From a bacterium (GTDB lineage: Bacteria; Myxococcota_A; Bradymonadia; REDH01), in NCBI GenBank assembly GCA_030427825.1, contig JAUICO010000002.1, positions 25,634-89,633 on the forward strand: DNA of 64,000 nt, read 5' to 3'. Both the position numbers and the translations under genes were made by a program. Under the pieces are notes generated by a model, which saw only the letters and a list, made by a program, of their open reading frames with translations, was not told the origin of the DNA and made no database searches. Positions 9,529-20,663 of this stretch are shown here, one piece after another; the first letter of the stretch is position 1, and every line of letters starts with the position of its first letter.

Positions 9529-10302
9529 TCACGACGGAATCCGAGGTGTGACAACGAAACGCTGCATGTCATCCGGGAAGGTGACCTGCCCCGCGAAGGT
9601 CTTGCGGATCAAGTCGTCGACGTCTGTGCCCATCACCCACGGGTAGCGGTGCACCACGAGCAGGTGGCCGACATCAGCCCGTGATGCGGCGTCCGCCAGG
9701 GTGCCGGGCGAGAGGTGCGTTGGCAGCGGCATTTCGTCGGGTGTCGAACACTCAACGATCGCGACATCTGCGCCGCTCAGGCTGTTGATGAGTGCCTCAC
9801 AGGGGCCGGAGTCACCGGGGATCGCCAGCACGCCGCCGTCAGGTGCAGAGAATCTCCATGAGATGGAAGATTCCGTGTGGCTCACTGTGCCGGAGCGCAC
9901 CCGAAGCGGTCCGGCGTCGAATTGCACGCCGCGCTCGATCGTGTGCATCCGAACCTGGCTCGGCGGCGGTCGCAGCCAATCTCCGAAAGCGTCCTGCGCC
10001 CTCCCAATGATATCGTGTGTCTCCGCTGAGGCGTAGATGTCCAATGGCAGGGCGCGCGTGTACCCGGGCACGTGCAGCGCAAAGAGCAGCGGCATCAGGT
10101 CGGCGATGTGGTCGAGGTGCGCGTGCGTGATGAAGAGCGCGTTGAGGGTCAGCGCGCTGCCGCCGGCACGATGGAGCTTCTGCAGGGCGCCGCTGCCGAT
10201 ATCGACGAGAGCGGCGTAGTCGCCACAGCGAAGGAGGTGCGAAGTGGGACCTCGCTCCGCTTCAGGAAACGCGACGCCGGTGCCGAGCGTTGTCAGCTCC
10301 AT
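9529..10302 (-). CDS. MBL-fold metallo-hydrolase, RNase Z/BN-like
   Basis: LGTG, VDIGSG, THAHLDH, GDSGP, ECS, HLSP and VHRYP motifs. Start is ATG 10302 or 10314. Confidence 0.88.
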   Translation of the reverse strand: MELTTLGTGVAFPEAERGPTSHLLRCGDYAALVDIGSGALQKLHRAGGSALTLNALFITHAHLDHIADLMPLLFALHVPGYTRALPLDIYASAETHDIIGRAQDAFGDWLRPPPSQVRMHTIERGVQFDAGPLRVRSGTVSHTESSISWRFSAPDGGVLAIPGDSGPCEALINSLSGADVAIVECSTPDEMPLPTHLSPGTLADAASRADVGHLLVVHRYPWVMGTDVDDLIRKTFAGQVTFPDDMQRFVVTPRIPS

Positions 10303-10316
10303 GCCGGCGGCCATCC

Positions 10317-11402
10317 CTACTCCTGCGCGTCCGGCGCGTCCTGCGTGGGCTGGACCGGCGGCCGCCACTCTTCGGGAAGCGGTGGGTCCGACCAGGTGTA
10401 TGGAACGTTCACGCGGGTCAGGCCGGTGCGCCCGACGCGCTTGCCGTGAAAAAGGAAGGTCAGGTTGCCTGCGCTGCCCTGTGCGGGCCGGTCGAAGTAG
10501 AGCACTTCGTTGATGGTCGCGCCGGCCGCGATGGGGCTGGCCGCAGTAATGCGTCCGGCGACAGTGATGCCGGCCGGGAAGGTGGCAAAGTTCAGCGGCA
10601 CCATGTCCGCGCCGACAAGAGAAGGCGTGCGCAGGTCGCGACTTGTGTTCGGCGGACGATAGGTCAGCGCCTCGCCCCCTGTGTTGCTGATCGCCAGCTC
10701 GAGCTTCACGACCGGCTGCCCGGTGATGCCTTCCTCGCCTGAGGTGTTCGTAATTCGCTCGTACACCGTAGAGATGCGCTGCACGTTCAGGGCGTAGCCG
10801 TCGCCGGCGACCGGAGTGCCCATGGTCCCCACGGGCAGCGCCGCCACATCGGCCGCGCTCGGCGCGTCAAAGCGAATGTACCCCGGCAGCTCAACCTCTG
10901 AACCGAAGACCCGGGGTGGAATGCTGAGCAGCAGCGAAGTCACGTCCGCGCTCGGCGCGCTGAAGAGCAACAGGTCGTTGAGGGTGGCGCCGGGCTCAAT
11001 CGTCGTGACGGCGGTCACGGGATCCGCCGGGTATCGAGTCAGAATGGTATCGATGCCGGGGATGTTGTCCGCCTGTTGCGGCTCCGGCGGCGTGCCGCCC
11101 GGATCAGCGAAGAGCAGCACGGACTGCGCCTGCGTGGCGGCGGTCGCGGCCCAGCCCAGGTCGTAGCTCAGCGGACCGGCTCCGGTGTTTGTGACCGAAA
11201 GATCCAGTTGGAGCACCGGTTCGCTGACGATCACCGCGCCGGCCGCATCTTCGAGATCGATGCGAACGTACGTAGCGCTGTTGAGCACCACCTCAGCAGA
11301 TCCCTGAGCAAGCGGCTGCCCCATCGTGGTGACCACTGGCTTCTTACAAGCGATCGCCGTCAGGCAGACGAGCACACAAACGAAAAATCGGGCCACACGC
11401 AT
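10317..11402 (-). CDS. Lipoprotein with two DUF4352-like Ig-fold domains
   Basis: Lipobox AIAC. Repeated L.L.V.NTG..L.Y ... I.PGAT.N.LL.F..P pattern. Confidence 0.7.
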   Translation of the reverse strand: MRVARFFVCVLVCLTAIACKKPVVTTMGQPLAQGSAEVVLNSATYVRIDLEDAAGAVIVSEPVLQLDLSVTNTGAGPLSYDLGWAATAATQAQSVLLFADPGGTPPEPQQADNIPGIDTILTRYPADPVTAVTTIEPGATLNDLLLFSAPSADVTSLLLSIPPRVFGSEVELPGYIRFDAPSAADVAALPVGTMGTPVAGDGYALNVQRISTVYERITNTSGEEGITGQPVVKLELAISNTGGEALTYRPPNTSRDLRTPSLVGADMVPLNFATFPAGITVAGRITAASPIAAGATINEVLYFDRPAQGSAGNLTFLFHGKRVGRTGLTRVNVPYTWSDPPLPEEWRPPVQPTQDAPDAQE

Positions 11403-11431
11403 GAATCAACCGGGTCCAAAACAGGGGCCGG

Positions 11432-11461
11432 AAGCTAACACGACGCCAAAATGGGTGTCAA
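11432..11461 (-). promoter_or_regulatory. sigma70-type promoter for the 11402 gene run
   Basis: Minus strand TTGACA (11461-11456), 18-bp spacer, TG-extended TAGCTT (11437-11432). Confidence 0.6.
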
Positions 11462-11534
11462 ACTACCGTTAGCGCGTCAAAAACCACGTCCGCCGCCACG
11501 GTCAACAGCTTGCGGAGCTCCCCGACAACGGTTT

Positions 11535-12134
11535 TCAGCTCGAACTGTCCCCGGTCGCCGACGCAAATGCCCGCGAGAAGTAGCTGAGAGCGAGCTGAAC
11601 TCCGGCTTCAACCTCCTCCTCGTCCTTCTGAAGGAAGTCCAACGCGAAGCCGTTGAGTGCGCTGAAGAGTACCTGAACCCCGGCGCGGATCACTTCGGGA
11701 TCGTCGATGTGATCGGCAAGCAGCGACTCCGCGACCGCGTTTGCCGTGGCGTCGAAGCGCTTCATCATGAGACGAAACTCCGGGCCAAGCACATCATCAG
11801 TTCGTGCCGCGACCGCGAGCTCAAGCCAGACCGAGAACGTTGGGCCCCGCAGCGCCGACCACAGATGCGGCAGCAGCTCGGCGGGTCCACCGGTGAAGCC
11901 CTCGAGTTCTGCAGCGAACTCCGCGGCCCGACGCATGAGAAGATCGTCAATCGAAGCCAGCATCAGCGCCTGCTTGCTCGGAAAGTGGTGCAGCATCGTG
12001 CCGCGAGCCACGCCCGCGCGCTCACACACCGCGACCGTCGAGCTTCGATGGTAGCCCAGCTCAGCAAGGCACGCGAACGCGGCGTCCATCAGGGCCCGGC
12101 GCGTGGCGGCGGCGTCGTTCTTTCTTCGAGTCAC
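11535..12134 (-). CDS. TetR/AcrR family transcriptional regulator
   Basis: HTH: TRRALMDAAFACLAELGYHRSSTVAVCERAGVARGTMLHHFPSK. Likely GTG start at 12134. Confidence 0.9.
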   Translation of the reverse strand: MTRRKNDAAATRRALMDAAFACLAELGYHRSSTVAVCERAGVARGTMLHHFPSKQALMLASIDDLLMRRAAEFAAELEGFTGGPAELLPHLWSALRGPTFSVWLELAVAARTDDVLGPEFRLMMKRFDATANAVAESLLADHIDDPEVIRAGVQVLFSALNGFALDFLQKDEEEVEAGVQLALSYFSRAFASATGDSSS

Positions 12135-12163
12135 CGAAGCTCCGGATCGATGAAGGGCGTCGA

Positions 12164-12229
12164 AACAGTCAGGCTTGACTGTTGTAGCGGAAAGTGGTTG
12201 GGCGAGTAAACCGTCAGCATTGACGGTTT
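12164..12229. promoter_or_regulatory. Two related palindromic operators between divergent tetR and desaturase genes
   Basis: AACAGTCA-GGCT-TGACTGTT (12164-12183) and AAACCGTCA-GCAT-TGACGGTTT (12208-12229). Confidence 0.8.
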
Positions 12230-12253
12230 GTGCCTCGCGCAGGAGTTCTCGCG

Positions 12254-13231
12254 ATGAAACACATCCTGGATTTTCTCTCAGAGCTGATCGACGGCGGCGA
12301 CATCTATCTGATCCTGCTGCCGGTGTACGTGGTTCTGCTCGGTGGCGAACGCATTGTGCATGGCCTGCGCGGATTCGGGAGCTGGGACTACCGCGACAGC
12401 GCGGCAAACATCGCGATCACGCTCTGGTTTCTGCTCGTCGATATCGTCGTCGGTGGCCTTGTGCCTCTGGCCGTCGTGGCGCTCCTTCACGAGCACCTTT
12501 CCCTCTGGACCTTCGAATACACCGCAATCGGCTGGGTCCTCGCGTTCCTCGCCTGGGACCTCTGCTGGTACACCGACCATCGAATCGCCCACAGCACCGG
12601 CTTCTTCTGGGCCATGCACCACGTCCATCACTCGTCGGCCGAGTACAACATGACCGTGGCTTCCCGTGGCTTCCTGGCCGACGAAACCCTGCTGAGCCGG
12701 CCACTGTTCTACCTCCTGCCGATCATCGGCCTGACCCCCTTCCACTTCGTCGTGGTTCGCATCGTGACCAACATCTGGGGCATCGCCCAGCACACACGAG
12801 TCGTCGACAGGCTGCCCGTGCTTGACCGGATCTTCGCCACCCCGTCGAATCACCGCGTACATCACGGCTCCGACCCGAAGTACCTCGACCGCAATTACGG
12901 TGAGGTGTTGATCATCTGGGACCATCTCTTCGGCAGCTACACCGCAGAAGAAGAGGAGCCGACATACGGCGTGACCGAGCCCATCGACACGTACAACCCC
13001 GTGAAGATACAGATCGCAGGCTTCCGTTGGCTCGGTCAGAAGATGAGACGCGCAGACGGGTGGCTGAACAAGCTGCGGTGTCTGTATCGCAAGCCGGGCT
13101 GGGAGCCCTCGGCTGCTCAGAAAAAGCGCCGAGCCCGCAGGCTCAACTCGCCGCCTGAACCCGACTTCGTCGGCGCTGCGCGAGAAGCGCAAGGCCGATC
13201 AGCAACACACCCGGCGGAATCGTCCGCGTAA
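12254..13231 (+). CDS. Sterol desaturase / fatty acid hydroxylase family (alkylglycerol monooxygenase-like)
   Basis: His boxes HRIAH, HHVHHS, QH and HRVHH, plus NYGEVLIIWDHLFGS. AGGAG RBS at 12241. Confidence 0.9.
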   Translation: MKHILDFLSELIDGGDIYLILLPVYVVLLGGERIVHGLRGFGSWDYRDSAANIAITLWFLLVDIVVGGLVPLAVVALLHEHLSLWTFEYTAIGWVLAFLAWDLCWYTDHRIAHSTGFFWAMHHVHHSSAEYNMTVASRGFLADETLLSRPLFYLLPIIGLTPFHFVVVRIVTNIWGIAQHTRVVDRLPVLDRIFATPSNHRVHHGSDPKYLDRNYGEVLIIWDHLFGSYTAEEEEPTYGVTEPIDTYNPVKIQIAGFRWLGQKMRRADGWLNKLRCLYRKPGWEPSAAQKKRRARRLNSPPEPDFVGAAREAQGRSATHPAESSA

Positions 13232-14726
13232 GCGAGTAGGTCGCGCACCCGCTGTCGTCCACCGGCCCGCCGTTCGCCGCATTGAACTCCGCGAGCCCCT
13301 CCTCGACCTCTTCGCTGCGGTCCATCGAGAGCATCGGTGGTCCGCTGTCGCCGGCTTCGTAGGAACGCAACAGAGACGGTACACTGCCGATCGTCGGTCC
13401 ACCGGGAAAGCCGCCCAGCGTGACCGTGGAGCCGTCATCGAAACGCAGTTCCTGCGTGAAGCGGTTATTGCGACAGTCACGCACCCCTTCGACGGTGTGC
13501 ACGTTGTCCACCTCAGGCAGGTCGCCGTTGAAGACGAACACCGGATCCATTGTCATCTCCTCCGGGTCCAGGGTGGTGAAGAGGCGTGTGATCACGTCCT
13601 GCCGGCGAAGCGCGGCGGCAGCTTCTTCCAGAGGTTCGACGATGCGTTCCGAGATCGCATCGTAGAGCCCCGCCGAATCGAGACCGCTTTCGTTGATCGT
13701 GTTGTCGTCGATAAGCTGCTGCAGCTCCCGGTCGAGCTGAAACCCGTTGTTCTGCAGGACAAAGCCAACGTCGAAGGCGTTGGCGTCCGCGAGGTCAGCG
13801 GGCTCCAGCGTCTGCAGTGCTTCCAGCTGCGCAACGATCGAGTCCACCGGGCCCGAGTAATCCGTCGCGAAGCCATGTCCTCCGGCTTCATCTGCAGCCG
13901 CAGTCACGACGCTGCGGTAGTTTCCGCCGCCGCTCGCCCAGGAGATCATCGCAGGATTCAACTCCAACAGCTGGTAGTTCTCGGGCACCGCGCGCTCCGG
14001 GCCGACGATGTGCACAAGCAGCCCCATGTCGTCCTGCGCGGCGACCGCCGTCAGCTGAATGGGAATCATCGGCTTGTCGGCCTCGTACGTCACCACCAGC
14101 GGTTGGATGTTCCCCACCTCCTGGCCCTTGCTGAGGCGCACCGCGACGAAGCGTGTGCCGGCCATGTCGATGTACGGCTGCGTCAGATTCACCGTCTCAG
14201 CGGGGATGTCGTAGTCGTTGTTGTCGAGCCACTCGAAAAGCGCCTGCGTGTCGGTCGCTGCGAGCACTACGGTGTCGAAGGGGCCGACCTGCTCAGAGGA
14301 CAGGACCTCAACGCCGTTTCGACCTCCGCTTTCGTCGTCGCTCTGCGCGGTGGCGCCGTCCGCCGCGCCGCACGCCATGCTGAAGCCCTGGCCGCGATTG
14401 CAGTTGCCCAGCTCACGCCAGTTCACCGAAAACTGCGGCTGCAGCGTCGCGTTCAGCTGCGCAAAAAGCTGGTCAGATGACACCTCGATCGTCGGGGTGT
14501 CGGGCACCGGAAGGATCCAGCCGAAACTCTCGGCGGTACCCGTGTACTGAATCTGAATGTACGCAGAGATCCGATCACCATCCGCAATGAAGAGGATCTG
14601 TTCGCCCGTCTGATCGATGGGCTGGCCTGCATTGCAGAAGAAGCCGCCGCAGGCCGCAGCGATGGAATTCACCGCGCACACCGCCGCAAACGTCGCGGCG
14701 CATACAAGACGCGTGCTCAAGTTCAT
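13143..14726 (-). CDS. DUF2330 domain protein with MYXO-CTERM-like C-terminal sorting signal
   Basis: Signal peptide then ACGGFFC, QIQYTG...FGWILPVP and PMIPIQLTAVAA. C-terminus has SGC, a hydrophobic stretch and RRR. GAGGA RBS. Confidence 0.88.
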   Translation of the reverse strand: MNLSTRLVCAATFAAVCAVNSIAAACGGFFCNAGQPIDQTGEQILFIADGDRISAYIQIQYTGTAESFGWILPVPDTPTIEVSSDQLFAQLNATLQPQFSVNWRELGNCNRGQGFSMACGAADGATAQSDDESGGRNGVEVLSSEQVGPFDTVVLAATDTQALFEWLDNNDYDIPAETVNLTQPYIDMAGTRFVAVRLSKGQEVGNIQPLVVTYEADKPMIPIQLTAVAAQDDMGLLVHIVGPERAVPENYQLLELNPAMISWASGGGNYRSVVTAAADEAGGHGFATDYSGPVDSIVAQLEALQTLEPADLADANAFDVGFVLQNNGFQLDRELQQLIDDNTINESGLDSAGLYDAISERIVEPLEEAAAALRRQDVITRLFTTLDPEEMTMDPVFVFNGDLPEVDNVHTVEGVRDCRNNRFTQELRFDDGSTVTLGGFPGGPTIGSVPSLLRSYEAGDSGPPMLSMDRSEEVEEGLAEFNAANGGPVDDSGCATYSLTRTIPPGVLLIGLALLAQRRRSRVQAAS

Positions 14727-14787
14727 GATGTCCTCAACCGGGTGGGGGCGCCACACCCAAGCAGTGTGACGGTCCCTCGACTGAGCG

Positions 14788-16527
<1,740 letters not shown>

Positions 16528-16932
16528 AGCATCTCAGCGCGCGATTGTGCGGCCGGTCGGGAGGCAACGCGGCGCGCAGAAAATGGCGGCGCTGCGTCAG
16601 CTGCAGCGTCCGTACCACGGGTAGAAAAAATGGCGGTCGAGAGAAGCGCGAGGGGATCTGGGACGCGATCCGAAAACCGCCCGGGAGACACCCCGCAGAT
16701 TGATTTCCAGCGGCTTTCGTTCCGATGTCCTGCGTCGCTGCCAGACTCGGGTCGGAAGACAGTTGAGTGTGTTTCGCACGTCTTCATAAACGTGTCCCGC
16801 ACACCCGATCTCCGACTCCTTGTGTCAGCAGCCCTATACCGCAGGGTGCGGAGGGCGATGCCAGGGGAAACCGCAGCGAAGTGATCGGCGGACGCACAGT
16901 CGTGTCCATGCCGGCTCAACGCTTCAATCGAC

Positions 16933-17820
16933 CTACAGTACACTTATGACCTCATCGACCTGAGCGTCAACCTCATGCAGAGGCAACCCGCCTTCTTCGC
17001 CGAGTCGCATCTTGTAGTACTCGCTCTCGGCGAACATTCGCAGCGCGCGGACGCGCTTGGGCAGGTAGGGGTGGCTGAGCAGGTATTCAGACACGCGGCC
17101 GATGCCCTGCTTGATGTCGTCGAGCTGCTCCAGATAGGCGTCCACGTCGAGCTCGTCGACCAGCGCCTGCGAACCGACCGCGAGCTTGATCATCGTGGTC
17201 TGCGCGGACTCCATGCTGCCCACGCAGAGCAGTCCGGCCCGGTCGCAGGTGATCTCGGCGCGTCGCTGCCAGCCGCGCAGGGCGATCAGCGCCGGCGTGG
17301 TGATCCACCGAACGAACATGCCGCCCATGTTGGTGAGGAAGTGCAGCGCGGTCATGTACGTGACGTGGCTGTTCTGGATGTGGCCGCACTCGTGTCCGAT
17401 CACGAACTTGAGCTCGTCGTCGCTGAGGCGGTCGACCGTCGCGGAGTTCACCAGAATGAACGAGTCCGTATCCGTACCGAAGGTCGCCGCATTGATGCTC
17501 GCGAAGTTCTGCGTCACGTATACAGTCGGGATCGGGATGTGCAGCATCTCTGCACACTCGGCGACCATCTTGTGGATGCGCGGAAACTGGCGCGGGCTGA
17601 CCCGAACCGACGAGCCGAGAATATCCGACTGGCTCCACGCCTTGAACGCGCGGACGGTAGCTTCAGCGGCAAGCCGCACGGGCTTGGCGTAGCTGAGCGT
17701 CTTCAGGATGCGCAGGTCTGTAGAATAGGCGTACTCGCCGAAGCCGCCCTGCTCGGTGCGCGCGGACTCGGGGTTCTTACGTACGTCGACGTAGCGCTGA
17801 AAGTTGAAGTCGGGTGTCAT
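16933..17820 (-). CDS. M48 family zinc metallopeptidase
   Basis: QFPRIH, INAATFG, HECGH, AEITCDRAG and SHPYLPKR motifs. Start is probably ATG 17820. Confidence 0.9.
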   Translation of the reverse strand: MTPDFNFQRYVDVRKNPESARTEQGGFGEYAYSTDLRILKTLSYAKPVRLAAEATVRAFKAWSQSDILGSSVRVSPRQFPRIHKMVAECAEMLHIPIPTVYVTQNFASINAATFGTDTDSFILVNSATVDRLSDDELKFVIGHECGHIQNSHVTYMTALHFLTNMGGMFVRWITTPALIALRGWQRRAEITCDRAGLLCVGSMESAQTTMIKLAVGSQALVDELDVDAYLEQLDDIKQGIGRVSEYLLSHPYLPKRVRALRMFAESEYYKMRLGEEGGLPLHEVDAQVDEVISVL

Positions 17821-18012
17821 GCGAAGGCTCCGAGGGCGTATGGCACTGTCTGCATATGGCTCAGGCGGCGTGTAACCTTGCGGTCTCCCGGCGCCCGTGC
17901 GTCGGTGCGGGCGACTTTGTGCGCCCCGAAGTCGCTTGTCACGTTCGGGAGGCAAAAGCGTTCTCACGGCAGTGTGTGCGCCGCCGCCTACATGCAACCC
18001 CGCAGGGCCGCG

Positions 18013-18915
18013 TCAGCTTCCCCGAGAGAGCGCATATCTTCGCCCCCATCGTAGCAGCAGCCAACCGGAGAAGAGCAGAATCGACGCGATGATGCCGTAG
18101 ATGATCACAAACACGAGGCTGGACTTCGGCGCCTTGTCCGCGTGCATCAGCCACGCAGTCTCGCAGCTCGGGCCGATCTCTTCCCGCAGCTCGGCGTCGG
18201 TCGCTTCGCGGCCATGTTCATCGAAGAAGGCGAGGCGTGCGCGCTCTTCCCGGGAGCGGTACATCGTGTTGACCGGTTCCGAGGCTTTCACCCCGCAGTA
18301 GCGAACGCCGTAGGTGTCTGAATAGTAACGGAGAATCGGCGTGTATGAACGCGGCAGCTTGTCGAAGCGCACCAGGCGCCCCGGTCCGTCGTGGTAGTAT
18401 CGAGCCGAGCCCGAGTCCGTGAACTCGCCCCATGTCATCGCGTCCGGCGCGGCCAGCGCCTGGAGACGTTCCTGCTCTGTTTCGACGTAGATGTGGGTAC
18501 CGAGCAATTTGAACACTACCGTGTCGCCCGATGACGTCAGACGCTCGGATACGCCTGCGAGAGAGACGTAGCGGTTCGTGGGCAGGTCGATGACGCCGCC
18601 GTCCGACCACTCGCTGTCGCCTCGCAGGGCCTCGACATCGCCGATCTCGATGAGCTCAGATGGCGTGAAGAAGTATAGGAAGCGTTGGTAGTACTCGGCG
18701 GCGAGAAATACCGCGAAGGCCGCTACTAACAGGATCAGCAGCGGCTGGGCGTAGTTGACCGAGAGTTCGATCTCGTCAAAGCCCGCGTCCACGTGATCCG
18801 CTGGCAGTGGGCGCCCGTCGTAGTCGTCCGTCTCGAAGAAGGACGCTTCGATGTCCTTGGTATTTCTGGGTGGGTCCGGACTCAATTTCCCGCTCGGTGC
18901 AGAGTCGGTGAACAC
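18013..18915 (-). CDS. Hypothetical membrane protein (two TM helices flanking a periplasmic domain)
   Basis: Acidic N-terminus, hydrophobic segments near aa 58-75 and 268-288, and codon usage like its neighbours. Confidence 0.7.
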   Translation of the reverse strand: MFTDSAPSGKLSPDPPRNTKDIEASFFETDDYDGRPLPADHVDAGFDEIELSVNYAQPLLILLVAAFAVFLAAEYYQRFLYFFTPSELIEIGDVEALRGDSEWSDGGVIDLPTNRYVSLAGVSERLTSSGDTVVFKLLGTHIYVETEQERLQALAAPDAMTWGEFTDSGSARYYHDGPGRLVRFDKLPRSYTPILRYYSDTYGVRYCGVKASEPVNTMYRSREERARLAFFDEHGREATDAELREEIGPSCETAWLMHADKAPKSSLVFVIIYGIIASILLFSGWLLLRWGRRYALSRGS

Positions 18916-18960
18916 TAAACGCCGCGCGTCTTCATGTCACCGTTTGAGGACCACGGACGC

Positions 18961-19785
18961 TCAGTACCGTGATCGATGACGCTCTTTCGCCGGCAGGATC
19001 TCGAGGCAGGTCGTCCACCAGCCGGTGTTGATGGTCTCGACAAACTCTTCAGGCAAGCCCTCTGCGCGCATCTCCGCTGCCAGACGTTCATGGTCATATG
19101 CCACCGACACCAGCTCGTGGACCAGGTCCTTTGTAGAGGGATCAACGTGCAGCAGGCAGTACCAGACCGCAGTGCTTCCATCGTTCGCCGGTCGTCCTAT
19201 CGCGCCGACGTTGATGACGCCGCGGCCGTCCGGGAGTTGTCGGGACCAGTGGATTCCGGTGTGAGTGACAAGAACAAGGTCTGCGTCATGTTCGGCAAGA
19301 AGCCGCTCGATAAAGGGGTCTGGTGTCGTCGACTCCCATAGGAACTCGTTGACCCGCCTCGGTGATCCATGCGCCAGCAGCACCCGCCGGCCGGCGAGCG
19401 AGAGACGCAGCTCCGGCGGCAGCGCGCGAAGCCACTCGCAGTTCTCGGGTGAGGTGTTCGCCCGAGTGTACTCGTAGCTGATCTGCGCGAAGTGATTGTC
19501 CCGGGGGTCGGTGTAGCCGCAGGCGCAGTCGTCGAGTCCGTGGCCGATCGAGTGATCGTAGTTGCCCTGCACGCAGCGCACGCCGTGGTCACGCAGCAGG
19601 GGAAACACCCGATCGGGGTGCGGGCCGAAGCCGCCCATATCGCCGAGGCAGTATTTGGACACGGCGCCCCGGGCCTGAGCGTCCTCAAGAACGGCCTCGA
19701 GCGCCAGGTAGTTGTTGTAGACGCCGCCGAAGACCGCGATCGTGAATCGATCCGAACCCGGGGTGTCGGTCGATCTCCCGCTCAT
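18961..19785 (-). CDS. Calcineurin-like metallophosphoesterase with atypical motif I
   Basis: FGGVYNN, CLGD, QGNYD, HGSP, THTG and NVGAIGRP motifs. ATGA overlap with the radical SAM stop. Confidence 0.88.
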   Translation of the reverse strand: MSGRSTDTPGSDRFTIAVFGGVYNNYLALEAVLEDAQARGAVSKYCLGDMGGFGPHPDRVFPLLRDHGVRCVQGNYDHSIGHGLDDCACGYTDPRDNHFAQISYEYTRANTSPENCEWLRALPPELRLSLAGRRVLLAHGSPRRVNEFLWESTTPDPFIERLLAEHDADLVLVTHTGIHWSRQLPDGRGVINVGAIGRPANDGSTAVWYCLLHVDPSTKDLVHELVSVAYDHERLAAEMRAEGLPEEFVETINTGWWTTCLEILPAKERHRSRY

Positions 19786-20663
19786 GTGCGGCAGCTCACG
19801 CCTTCTACGTGGCATGTGTAGCAGGCGGGGTGATCGAGTCGGATCGCCCGGGTCGCGTCTTCAAGCGTACCACCCATGCGTGCACCCGACTCCTCAATCA
19901 GGATCGGGCATGGATACCAGCCTTTGGCAGTGACCATGCGGCTCGATGCGCATTGCAGCAGCTCCTCTTCGCCCTCGATCAGGTCGCCTTCGGCGAGGCG
20001 TTCAAAGCGTTCGTAGCTGCGCCCGCGTCGCTCCTCGCGACCGATGCGGAACGGCGCCAGAAACTTCATCCGCGGTCGCTGCAGACCGGCCGCCGCCAGT
20101 AGCGTCCGAAACTTCTCGCGTGATTCCGGCGTTGCCTCATCGACCTCGGTGACGGTCAGCACCGGGTTGAGCCCCGCGTCGGCCAGAGCGCGAATGCCGG
20201 CCATGATCTTCTCAAAGCTGCCTCCGCCGCGAATCGGGTCGTTGGCCGCCGCGCTCGTGCCGTCCAGGGACACCCGCAGGTCGAAGCTGTGCCGCGAGCT
20301 GTCGAAGATCTCGCGGCAGCGCGCCGCTTCGTCGGCACCGATCAGAATCCCGTTCGTGAGAATCGTGAGCGGTCCGGCATCCAGCGCGATGTCGATCAGC
20401 CGGAAGATATCCGGGTGCATGAAAGGCTCGCCGCCGGTGAAATAGTAGTCGCGCACGCCCTTTGCCCGCGCGCCGGAGATCGCCTCGGCGACCTGCGATA
20501 CGCTCATGAAGGGGTGGTTGTCGTTCTTCGGGCCGCAGCTGATGAAGCAGTGTCTGCATGCCAGATTACAGAGCGTGCCGGTCACCTGCAGCCACAGCGT
20601 ATCCAGCGCGTTCAATGTAAGGAGCGGCGCGGGTGGGTGACTCTGTTGAGCGTGCAGGTGCAT
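19782..20663 (-). CDS. Radical SAM protein
   Basis: CNLACRHC (CxxxCxxC), TGGEPF, LTNG and VSLDG motifs, with a C-terminal Cys cluster C...CP...CYTC...C. Confidence 0.92.
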   Translation of the reverse strand: MHLHAQQSHPPAPLLTLNALDTLWLQVTGTLCNLACRHCFISCGPKNDNHPFMSVSQVAEAISGARAKGVRDYYFTGGEPFMHPDIFRLIDIALDAGPLTILTNGILIGADEAARCREIFDSSRHSFDLRVSLDGTSAAANDPIRGGGSFEKIMAGIRALADAGLNPVLTVTEVDEATPESREKFRTLLAAAGLQRPRMKFLAPFRIGREERRGRSYERFERLAEGDLIEGEEELLQCASSRMVTAKGWYPCPILIEESGARMGGTLEDATRAIRLDHPACYTCHVEGVSCRT

